A stretch of DNA of 60,935 nucleotides, filler included, from Basidiobolus meristosporus CBS 931.73 (taxonomy: Eukaryota > Fungi > Basidiobolomycota), in NCBI GenBank assembly GCA_002104905.1. It is 3 parts of 3 records of this genome, joined end to end, with 100 filler letters (N's around TTAATTAATTAA, not from the genome) between each part and the next. Parts side by side here need not be neighbours in the genome. Positions count along the whole stretch, not along the records: positions 47,814 to 60,935 come from MCFE01001214.1; 2 more parts are not named here. One strand, given 5' to 3'. The notes below the pieces were generated by a model. It was not told where the DNA came from, did no database searches, and saw nothing but the letters and a program-made list of their open reading frames with translations. Shown one piece after another: positions 50,801-60,935 of the stretch; position 1 is the stretch's first letter, and each line of letters opens with the position of its first letter. The translations under genes were made by a program, and so were the position numbers.

Positions 50801-53800
50801 ATTGTACTACTTTCCACTTTCCAAAAGCCTCACCGTTAAGCCGATTATTCCGCCTACAAGGTCTCCGCTACCCAGCATTACGTCTGGTGCTTACCATTCT
50901 GCAAAGGAGTTGCTATGCTCACTTGAATTTCGATTCATGTCTAACACCGGGCCGTAGATGATGAGTCAATATAACCATTGCTGTTGATTCGAAATGTTGT
51001 ACGGAATAAAACGTTTACCAGTGATATTTTTGTATTTTGTTTATTGAGCTTACTGGCACATACTAAGCTAGAGCACGAGGATGAAAAGTCCCTTGCTAGA
51101 TTCTTGTACTTGGGTCCACGGCATTGGAAGAGATCGATCCCACCGAAAACAACCAGAATTTGATCCACTAGCAATGTGCTATTACATTCTCCGAAGAATA
51201 CATTTCCACGATATCATCTCTGCTTCAGATTATTGATCCACCGTATGGTAGCGTTCAGGAGAACTCTGTATATTGCTCAAGTCATATAAAATAATATTCA
51301 ATCACTAATCCAGGCAGTTTGATATAGAACAATGGAGCTCACTTTCCATGTTTCCAAAGCATTTACCTTTTCTTTTTAATTCCTAATATCACCACGACCA
51401 AATCTTATTCTCCGAAGCCGAGTTCCAGGTCTGTCAGAAAACTAACGGGCCGCACATTCCATCTAGCTTCATTGTTGATCTTTGTGAAGGATGGTTATTT
51501 TTGCATTCTTGATACACCTAATCCGGTACATCCCAAGGATGGTCATTTCCGTAGTGTGGGCCTCTATCGCCAATCTACTACCCGATTACGCTATAAATAT
51601 ACTTCTTCAGTTACTATCTGTACCTTTGTGAGAGGGTAAGTGTGATTTAGCCAAGACAAGTGATATTCTTTGTAATGTTCTGTATAGATCGAAGGCATCT
51701 GAATTTGGCGGGCAAGTAGGACCAATCACAGATGGCCAGTTACTAAGGTGCGCTCATTCTGTTAATGGAGTATCGGTATATTCTAGTATTAGATAGTATA
51801 CAACAAATAGACTATCTATGGCCTTTTGTGAGCCAAGGTACATTCTCGCGGATTTGATGCGGTTTAATCTTGATTGGAAACTACACAGCCATTAGTCCAA
51901 ATTGGGGAAGGTTGCGAAAATGGAAATGGCTCAAGATGCTTGGAGTGAAGTGAATGACTCTGAAGTACTACTGGAATACTGCCAGCTAGAACCCTGGAGT
52001 ATAGATCCGGCAGCTTATGACGCAACATGCAAAGAGTGGATAAATCAATACCGAAGAACACAGTATAAAAGGAAGGCTGTCAATCACAAATCTTTGTACT
52101 ACTTTCCACTTTCCAGAAGCCTCACCGTTAAGCCGAATATTCCGCCTACAAGGTCTCCGCTACTCAGCCTTGCATCTGGTGCTCACCATTCTTCAAAGTG
52201 GTTGCTATGCTCGCTTGACTTCCGATTCATGTCAGAACATCTCTGAACACCAGGCCGCAGATGAAAAGCCAATGTATCGATTGTGTTGATTCGAAATGTA
52301 GCGTGGAATAAAACGTTTACCAGTGACATTTTTGTACTTTGTTTATTGAGCCTACTGGCACATACTTAGCTAAAGTACGAGAATGAAAAGTCCCTTGCTA
52401 GATTCTTGAACTTGAGTCCATGGCATGGGAAGAAATCGATCCCGCAGAAAACAGCAAGAATTTGGTTTTCCATTAAGAATGTGATTTTATATTCTCAGAA
52501 GAGTCTATTTTTCAGAGTGTCATCCATATGCTTGATCATTGGTTTACGATATGGCAGTGAATCCAACCAACTTAGGGTTAGTATGACTCTGTATGTTGCT
52601 AAAGCCACATGAAATGATATCTAATCAGAGAACCAAACGGCTCGACCAAACGGCTCGATATAGAACAGTGGAATACCTACTCCATTTTTCAAAAACATTG
52701 GTTTTTTCTTTGTAATTCTTAATATCAGTCACAGCCAAATCCAGGGCCTACAACAAATTACCGAACCACACACTCCACTAATCTCTATCTTGTTGGTTGT
52801 CATGTCAGTCTCTACCAATTAGGATATTTGATGGTAATCTGGATATCCCAAATCTGGTAAATCGAAGCAGCTGGACGCTTCCACAACGTTTATTTCTAGC
52901 TCCTAAGCCTTCAAATCCTCCTTTAGTTATTATCATTAAGTCGTGTACACATCAACGCGGTCCCAGCACAATCTTGTATTATATAGCACTCAACAAATGG
53001 ATAATCTACGATTGTTTGGGGGCCAAGGTATATTTTCCGGGATTTGATGCGGCTAAATCTGCTGCCAACACTCCATAGCTACTGGCCGCTCCTGGGTAGA
53101 GATTTGCCAGCCACAAAGCATAATATCAATAAAGAGCATTACGCCTAGATTCTGAATAGTGGAATTAATCATTGGTTGTTGTCTTTATACTTAACATCAT
53201 AAGGTCGGTTGGAAAATTTACGGAGATTTTACGAGTCGCACATTCCATCTAGCCCTGTTGTTGAAGTAGGTGTATTTTTGCATTCTTGATATTTCGAATC
53301 CGGTATATCCACAAAAATGGTTATTTCCGTAGTATGGGTTACTATCGCTTATTTACTTACCCGATCATGCCATAAATATACTTCTTCAGTTACTATCTGT
53401 CCCCTTGCGTGAGGACAGGTGTAATTTAATCAAGACAAGTGATATTCTTTGTAATGTTCTGTATAGATCGAAGGCATCTGAATTTGGCGGGCAAGTAGGA
53501 CTAATCACAGATGGCCAGTTACTAAGGTGCGCTCATTCTGTTAATGGAGTATCGGTATATTCTAGTATTAGATAGCATACAACAAATAGACTATCTATGG
53601 CCTTTTGTGAGCCAAGGTACATTCTCGCGGATTTGATGCGGTTTAATCTTGATTGGAAACTACACAGCCATTAGTCCAAATTGGGGAAGATTGCGAAAAT
53701 GGAAATGGCTCAAGATGCTTGGAGTGAAGTGAATGACTCTGAAGTACTACTGGAATACTGCCAGCCAGAACCCTGGAGTATAGATCCGGCAGCTTATGAC

Positions 53801-54120
53801 GCAACATGCAAAGAGTGGATAAATCAATACCGAAGAACACAGTATAAAAGGAAGGCTGTCAATCACAAATCTTTGTACTACTTTCCACTTTCCAGAAGCC
53901 TCACCGTTAAGCCGAATATTCCGCCTACAAGGTCTCCGCTACTCAGCCTTGCATCTGGTGCTCACCATTCTCCAAAGTGGTTGCTATGCTCGCTTGACTT
54001 CCGATTCATGTCAGAACATCTCTGAACACCAGGCCGCAGATGAAAAGCCAATGTATCGATTGTGTTGATTCGAAATGTAGCGTGGAATAAAACGTTTGCC
54101 AGTGATATTACGTTGAAGTA
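47814..54120 (+). repeat. Irregular tandem array of decayed gene-like units with E2/UBC-like similarity
   Basis: Marker AGGTCTCCGCT recurs at ~47836, ~48957, ~50860, ~52151 and ~53930. 51590-52330 and 53369-54109 are near-identical at offset 1779. Translation DAWSEVNDSEVLLEYCQL...AYDATCKEWINQY. Confidence 0.8.
49649..49726. repeat. Minisatellite, 3 x 26 bp
   Basis: ATATTGATACAGTTGCTATCACTGAA repeated three times. Confidence 0.95.
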
Positions 54121-54307
54121 ACTTAGAAATGAACAATCCTTATGTAGATTGATGCATTTGGGTAAGAGACGGGTAAAAATCAATACCAAAACGGAAGACA
54201 ATTAGCATCCACATCAATAGTGATATTTTCTTCCTATTGCCAAGGATATACCAGCCGAGGTTCATATATGAGAGCGCTGATGGTTTGCAGTTGGCAGGAT
54301 TTTCTAA

Positions 54308-54422
54308 ATGAAAGGTGGTATGTGCTTGTGATGAAAGGTGGTATGTGCTTGTGATGAAAGGTGGTATGTGCTTGTGATGAAAGGTGGTATGTGCTTGTGA
54401 TGAAAGGTGGTATGTGCTTGTA
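54308..54422. repeat. Minisatellite, 5 x 23 bp
   Basis: ATGAAAGGTGGTATGTGCTTGTG repeated five times; the last base of the fifth copy differs. Confidence 0.95.
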
Positions 54423-55263
54423 ATGAAAAAATGGAATAAATCAACGTAATGACAATTTAAATAACTAAATCACGTACTGCTTCAATCACTTAATAATCAT
54501 TAGTGTAGTAGCTGCCGATATCACTTGTCACATACGTCATTATTATGCGATCTTTTCAATGAAGTGGCTAGAAGTGTGTTACTCTTCGCTACCGCTCAAT
54601 TGAAATGACGAACAAGGATCAATCTTATGTAACTGGTCGAAGAAATGAGGTTGTTTCAATGACTCTCCTTCTGATGCTTTTCGGTAGAAAAATCTCAACT
54701 ATTTCCAAGGAAATCATTGTTTCTCTTAAGTGTAACACACGAATGTGCTGGTAACTCCGTAAATTGGCAAAAGTACACGTATGAGCGTAATGCCAAGCCC
54801 AAGTTGTTTCTGCATATATATGTGGAGGTTGGTAGGAGAAAATGGAAATGATACGAAATGGCCTATCATACCCTATGATTTAGGTTTTTCGTGGGAAATA
54901 AAAAGGAATACACGATTCGAATGTGAATGTGCCAAAGAGTACTGAAAGATGCATATTCGCAAAGCCTGTTTCTTGCTTACGCTTTAGACTTTCATTGTTA
55001 AATCTGCTGCGCACTCTGCTTACGGGAATTCCCTACCTGGTAGAGTATCCAAACTACTGCAACTAACCTCTCTGTACAAGCTTTCACTCATGTTGTAATT
55101 GCTATTCGTTGCGTGTCTTCTCACCTTTCAGTAAGTGTAACTTTTAGATACCGGGATTTTTATGCCGGTTGTTTCAGATTTTACCACTGTTTGGGATCAG
55201 CAAACACTATTGCACTTCAAATAATCTGCCACAAGGATCCGTTTATTAATTTGTCAGCTTGAT

Positions 55264-55431
55264 TCATGGAAGACAAGCATTCCAATGGCAACACCTATTT
55301 TGATCAACACACCACTCGACACAGCAAGCAAGAGGTTCAATAGTGTCACTGCCAGGAACTGGAGTAGCCTCAGCAGCCAAGGTGGCCAGAGCAACAAAAG
55401 TAGCGAAAAGAGTAGTGGTGGATAGTTTCAT
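55264..55431 (-). CDS. Small secreted cysteine-rich peptide, 55 aa
   Basis: MKLSTTTLFATFVALATLAAEA signal peptide, then TPVPGSDTIEPLACCVEWCVDQNRCCHWNACLP. TATAAAA on minus at 55496-55502, ~65 bp upstream. Confidence 0.8.
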   Translation of the reverse strand: MKLSTTTLFATFVALATLAAEATPVPGSDTIEPLACCVEWCVDQNRCCHWNACLP

Positions 55432-57088
55432 CTTTCGGAAGACACCTGGAGAGAAGATACAAACTTGATATACTTTGAACTGCTCAATGCTCATCTTTTA
55501 TACTCATTAAAATTCTGGGAACTTGAAGCTCACTAGCTGGTTTAGTACATGAAAAGTACTCCACCCATACAATTGTCGTGCTGTGCTATGGGAAACTTTT
55601 GTCTAAACTGGTTTCCTTTATTCCAAGCACTCTTCCCACATTGTACATCCATCACTACAGCATAGTACGACAACATAAGCAAGTTAAACTCTACAGCTAG
55701 AACAACACGTGGTGACCCAAAAGCTGATTAAAATGGCGAGATAGATGTATAATTATCCTAATCTGCTGTAGAGAATGAATGAAAAGTACGCAACAACTAA
55801 TGTTAGATTTTTCCCAGAGATGCCAGGAAAACTCCATGTGCTTGTGAAATATACAAATAGATGGAATAACGTTTACTCTCGCTCCGTCTTGCTACAGTTT
55901 CAAAGATCACTGTCGCCGCTCTCTTGGTCACATATTTAAGCATTCAACTTGCCAACAATTAACCATCTGAAATAAAGTTAATCGAAGTGAAGATTATTTG
56001 ATCAGACTGTCTCTGCTGATATGCGCACATGGTGCTTGTGGTTACGACCATATTAGAGCACATTTATTTACATATATAGAGAGAGCTGGTATTTTGTAAC
56101 CACTATCGTGTACTGATGTTTGAGATGGTATAGACTCATCACAGCTTGCAGCCTTTTCTGATGATACCACAGACTCTTAATGGATTTCATTATATTTAAA
56201 AGCTAGAGGCCTTCATGGAATAACTTTATGGGAAACACTTCCTCTTGAGTGTTATAATCCGAAAACACCAACAATTTCAACGACTCCCCCTTCTCTCAAA
56301 GGTTTGATTTAAACCGTGGTAGGATCTTTGATAAATGTTCATTACTCTGGTCCATAATGGGTAGACTTGTGTTCGTTACCTAAAGTTATTTTAAAATTTT
56401 GAGTTATGAAGCATCACAGTATAGGCCTTAAGTATTTTGTACTTCTTCACCTTCTACTCAGACAATGCCAGAGATTAATAAGCAACGAATCAAGCAAACT
56501 CCTGTAGTCGACACCATGGCCCTGACCATTGCGTTAACGTTTACTTGCTTCATATTGCAATAGTTCGTGCAACCAACAGCAGATTCATATATACTTGTGT
56601 CAGCTATACAGTGGTAGCCAAATCTTATTCGGCTACTCAAAAACTGATTGCTCTCCCGCGCATCGTCACAAGTCTACCTTCCAACTCTACCAGCCGCGGC
56701 AATCAAGGGAAATCGGATTGCCAGGAAGTTGTCTGAAAACGAAGAACAATATCTGGTAGATTGGCCTGAATGGCAGTATATGCATCCCCTACTTGAAGTT
56801 GAGTACCCTTGTGGCTCGATACATTATATATATTATCTGAATGCGATCCATAATATAATTGGTATGAATTACTAATGGAACGGTAGGTTGGATAAATTAG
56901 CCTATTTAGGCTTTAGCATCGAAAACATGAATATTCAGGCTTTATTAACCCCATATTCCATACTAGGAAAGCTGACGCACCGAATATCTGGGTTCTTGCT
57001 AACCTTGAGCTGACAACACGGTTTAGAGTTTGTTGCACCAGACTTCTATAAAACGGTAAGGCAATCTTGGGTTTACTGCGACTCAACA

Positions 57089-58130
57089 ATGAAGTTTCCT
57101 CTCCCATTTTATTTATTTGTTGCCGTTGCATTACTTCTTCCTTCCGAGTCGGATGCTAAGCCATAGCATTTAAAGAGGGAGGAGGCCGAGCTTCAACGAC
57201 TTTACTTTGCCGAGGGTGGCATGATAACTGTCTTTACTAGAGGGGATCTACAGAATGCAGGTGCTGATGTGGTCAAAGCATTTGAAAGCAAGTTTCCTGG
57301 GACAACCCTCAATATTACTACTGATCCTAGCAAGCATCATAATGTATTGATTGACTCCCAGCTTGCTTAGGGCGGGGACGCTTTGGAGCCTGATGTCCCC
57401 CACTTACAAACCTTGCATGATTTCTCTCGCCGGAAGGAACAAGGAGCCTTATTAAAGGAAACTTCTAAACCCTCTCGATGATAGAATGAATGCTCAAACT
57501 CTAATAGGTACAAACCTGCCGGTTTTAAACACACCTACGCACCGTGAAAAAAAAGGAAGAGTGCCACTGGGCGACCAAACCCTTTACTTCACCAATCTTA
57601 TAGGGAACAGCCAAAGATGGCTTGAGCCCAAACCTCAAAGGAGGGAAAATCATCTATACTTATCCTCACAATGATGATGCGGTTCACTATCAATTCAAGC
57701 GACTTATCAAGCAGAATGGCCTTAAATGGTTCAAGGCCTTCCTTACCCAAAAACCGCTGGCTGTTCGTGGAATAGTAAATTCAGGATTCTACATTAAAAA
57801 CGGGACATCCTTGGCCAGTTTTACAAACAGTGGCTCTTTGACACCATTCAAAGCACTATTCCAATCCTAGGCGCAAACAGGAGCCATCTTCAAAAAGGCG
57901 ATGGATCCAGCAGGAGCAAAGCTCTACGTCAGCTGGTTGACCTCTTATGATGTGCGAAAGAATCTCATGTCTGATACTCGGTCTCCAGGAACAGCAGAAC
58001 GGAAGCCTATCTGGAAGATTAAGAATACCGACCCCCTTGGTTTCCGCGAATATATGCTAGACCGAGCTCAGGTAGAGAAAGATATGCAATTCATGAAGTA
58101 TATTGTATCAGTTCTGGGAGTACAACTAAA
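57089..58130 (+). pseudogene. Pseudogene of a secreted bacterial-type ABC solute-binding protein (periplasmic binding fold II)
   Basis: Signal peptide MKFPLPFYLFVAVALLL. AEGGMITVF..GD, AFESKFPG..LNITTDPSKHH..LIDSQL, PDVPHLQTLHDF, YKPAGF, YTYPHNDDAVHYQF, QTGAIFKKA..PAGAKLYVSWL, NTDPLGFREYMLDRAQVE. Several in-frame stops. Confidence 0.85.
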
Positions 58131-58810
58131 TGCCTTGCTAGTAGTGTTTCTATTCTCAATATATAAACAGGCGTTTGTGTATATCAAATATTACATGAAT
58201 CCGAAACTTCGAATATTCATATATTTATGGACGTTGGTCAAGTGAACTAAGACCTGGGAAGTCAGTAGGAAAGTGGATACTGCTACATATCTTGAGAATA
58301 GGTTCTTGGTCAAAGTTGTTCCTAAAGCTAATCTATCTTTGCTCACTTTCTTCATCTACTTTATCACATTGTCATTGTAATGTCTTCAGCTCACAAAAAC
58401 TCAAGTCGGAAACGTCAGAGCATCGTATTCCACTTGTTACCGCTATAAACAAATCGCTCCTTCAAGCATTACCTACTCCCTTCTCTCCTTCAGAATGCAC
58501 AGTGTCCTGAATACTACATAGCTATCACTTCTCTATATTCTCTACATACCAATGATTGAGTTTAGTCCCTAAGCTGCTTATTAGTTATGGTTTAGCCCTT
58601 ATATTGCTGTGCTATTTTCTTATATCATTCATCATAATTTTGCGAAATTCCACAAGAAATATGCATACGTTATTTGAGTCCAGTTGAAGGAATTGTACGC
58701 AACAGCATTACATAGTTTAATTTAGAAAATGGCTGCCTCATTGAACAAGATTAGGATAATGCAGGAGAGGGATCAAAAAGAGAATGGCCAAAACTCTGAA
58801 CGAAATCGAA

Positions 58811-60197
58811 TCATACAGTGGTGGAATTGGACGAGTAGGTGATTCTGCGATCAGGGGAAACGACTCGAAGCAGACCGGTGGTTCCGTTTTCGGAGTCCTC
58901 CATGGGCGGATTAAGGAGAATACAAGGTAAGCAGCACGCTGAACAGCAGAATGCCAGAGTTAACACAATGAAGATTGGGATGAACACGACAGCCAGGGTC
59001 ACCGAGTTGCTGTCCAGCTTTCTGGCAAGCAAACCAACCAAGGCATAGAACAATGTGCCGAAAACAACGAACACCAATACACCTAAGATGAGGAGGGCCT
59101 TGCTCTGCTGTCTTGCCTCTTCAACGTCGATTCGTCGAAGCTTCGTATAGGCACTTACGATCCACACCAAGTAGCGCACGCCAACTAGGTATAACGGAAT
59201 AAACACGACACCCCAGCTCACAGTGATATCTTCGTTGATGCGTAGAACTAGTAGAATGATAAGCAGAACGCGAAGCACAAACCACCAGTAATGCTCAAAA
59301 GCAAAGTGGAGTTTGACATTGAGGGGCAAGCTGACTGGCATGCCATCTTCACTTACACCAGCGTGCAACGATGTGTAGAATTGGATGGTGAGTCGGACAA
59401 AGTTGATGGCCTCGAGAATGATCCAAGGGATGAACGTCACCACGGTTGACCAGTGCACAGATTGCTGCACGACAATGAAGATTTGGAACAGCACAATCAA
59501 AGCAAAGTAGGCAAACGTGATGCAGTTCTGTAAAAGATACACCTGTTGGCGTTTCTTCAGAAGCTCCTCTCTATCCTCGATGGGTCCATCGAACTCCCCA
59601 TCCACCTCCTCCATCTCCTCTAGTTTGGGTTGTTTGAAGAACCTTCCGACAAGAACAAAGCCAAGAATAGCGTCAATGATCCACAGGGGAATGAAAACAA
59701 CCGCGTACGACCACTGGGTCTTGAGATCCACTCTCAACGACAAGAAGGTGCAGAAGAGCACGACCATCAAAATGAAAAACGATGTGGTGACAAAGAAGAC
59801 GCAAAGCATATCACTGATTTCTGGGTCCAAGAAGGCGCCAGCGACCGTGCCGAGCATATTCACCCCCATTTCGCCATATTTGTCATACACCGCCCTTTTC
59901 TTCGGATCGCCTGCAAGGAAGGTTAGCCGTTTGGAGCAACCGATGATTGAAGGGTAGCAAGCACTTACTCAAAATCTCGTAAGCATGGCTGATGGCCTTG
60001 AACTATTCTCAAGTAATTGGTTACTACAGTAGGACTTTGTAGGCACGGGTTGGGTGGTTTACCTGGTCGGCAGCATCAGGATTCTTGTCGGGGTGGTATC
60101 TGAGCGCCAACCTACGATAGGCTTTCTTGAGCTCCTCGGGTGTGGCGGTTTTGCTCACGTTGAGCGTTTCGTACAATTCCACTGTATTTCTATCCAT
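58811..60197 (-). CDS. DnaJ-domain multi-pass membrane protein with TMEM185/FAM11-like repeats (exons 60063-60197, 59969-60002, 58811-59910)
   Basis: J-domain LYETLNV...[17 protein letters not shown]...[24 protein letters not shown] reconstructed across GT-AG introns of 60 and 58 bp. Repeated V(V/T)FIP(L/W/I) helices. Cys cluster [10 protein letters not shown]. Confidence 0.92.
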
Positions 60198-60657
60198 TCA
60201 TAAAGAGGGGTTGAAGAACTTTCGGATGGGTGGTTGGAACCTTCTCAAGGGAGGGGTTTCTTTTTGAACAACAAAATTAGGAAGCTTCTGTTTCTACGTT
60301 TCCCGCGTAGAGCCTTCTTGAGCCAATTGACCTCGTTTAATTACCACAACAGTGGGGGATTCAGCAGTAAGTCAAGTCGAGAGGAGTATCTTGAGGGAGG
60401 CAGAATGCGGTGCTGCTAACTTGACGACCTGGAAAAAGGGAGAAAACTCACACCGAAGCAAGCTCAGTAGGGAGAAGGAAAAACACACGTTGGAGAAGCC
60501 AAATTCTATTCCATGAATATTAAGGAAATTCATGGATTATTTACGCTCCCATTGTCTGCGGATCGGTGCTTCGGGCTTAGATCAGTATAATTTTGGATTG
60601 GCCAAGCCCGCGGCGGGTCCTGTATCTTAAGTTAAACTGAATTCCAATGGTTATCTA

Positions 60658-60701
60658 GTGTATCATGGAGTAATATTCAAAGTGTATCATGGAGTAATAT
60701 T
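60658..60701. repeat. Short tandem duplication, period 24 bp
   Basis: AGTGTATCATGGAGTAATATT occurs twice. Confidence 0.85.
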
Positions 60702-60935
60702 TAATGGAATGGGAATGTTAATAAATGAGGGAATCAAATTAGTGTTTTCCAACCTCACCAATGAAATCCCCGATCGGTTGATTCCACAATGTGCTCAATC
60801 GAGATCACCACCCGCAGCTTGACCAACAAACTTAGAGACCAGGCCTATTTCTGTTGCAGCAGCTAATCCTGAAACTCCCTTTTCAAACAAAGAGCATAAT
60901 GCAGCAACAGACACAAACATCAACACACAATGTCC

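Noticed and set aside
48400-53100. Ras/Rho GTPase-like reading of the tandem array (GYPKSGKS at ~52840, DSIQQIDY)
   Set aside because: It needs several frameshifts, the P-loop is not conserved in other copies, and there is no NKxD. The E2/UBC match is longer and in one frame.
49649-54422. CRISPR-like arrays (26-bp and 23-bp repeats)
   Set aside because: The repeats are directly adjacent with no spacers, there are no cas genes, and the context is eukaryotic.
56648-56875. EEQYLVDW chromodomain-like motif
   Set aside because: The rest of the chromodomain (TWEP, aromatic cage spacing) is absent and there is no integrase context.
58839-59957. Plus-strand ORFs of 69-146 aa, and 44992-45372 over the kinase
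   Set aside because: Antisense shadows of well-supported minus-strand genes.

Overview
Eukaryotic, almost certainly fungal, draft-assembly DNA. It has ~60-bp GT-AG introns, a Hal4/Hrk1-type kinase, chromoviruses and two N-gaps with a TTAATTAATTAA filler. An early-diverging lineage such as Basidiobolus is plausible, but that is inference. Bases 1 to ~42,200 are a gene-free, strongly CpG-depleted stack of nested transposons: old CACTA/EnSpm remnants, a LINE remnant, several Ty1/copia elements and solo LTRs (half-tRNA-iMet primer site), and Ty3/gypsy elements including a nearly intact chromovirus. The stack also holds an apparently complete 3.4-kb PIF/Harbinger-superfamily (IS5/ISL2-like) element with two divergent ORFs and ATT target duplications, plus a 734-bp foldback MITE sharing that element's left end. 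From ~42,200 CpG content is normal. That part has a Hal4/Hrk1-family kinase, a tandem array of decayed units resembling E2/UBC domains, a 55-aa secreted six-cysteine peptide, a pseudogenised bacterial-type solute-binding protein and a DnaJ/TMEM185-like membrane protein. All homology calls are by eye from recalled motifs; no searches were run. Boundaries of decayed elements are approximate.
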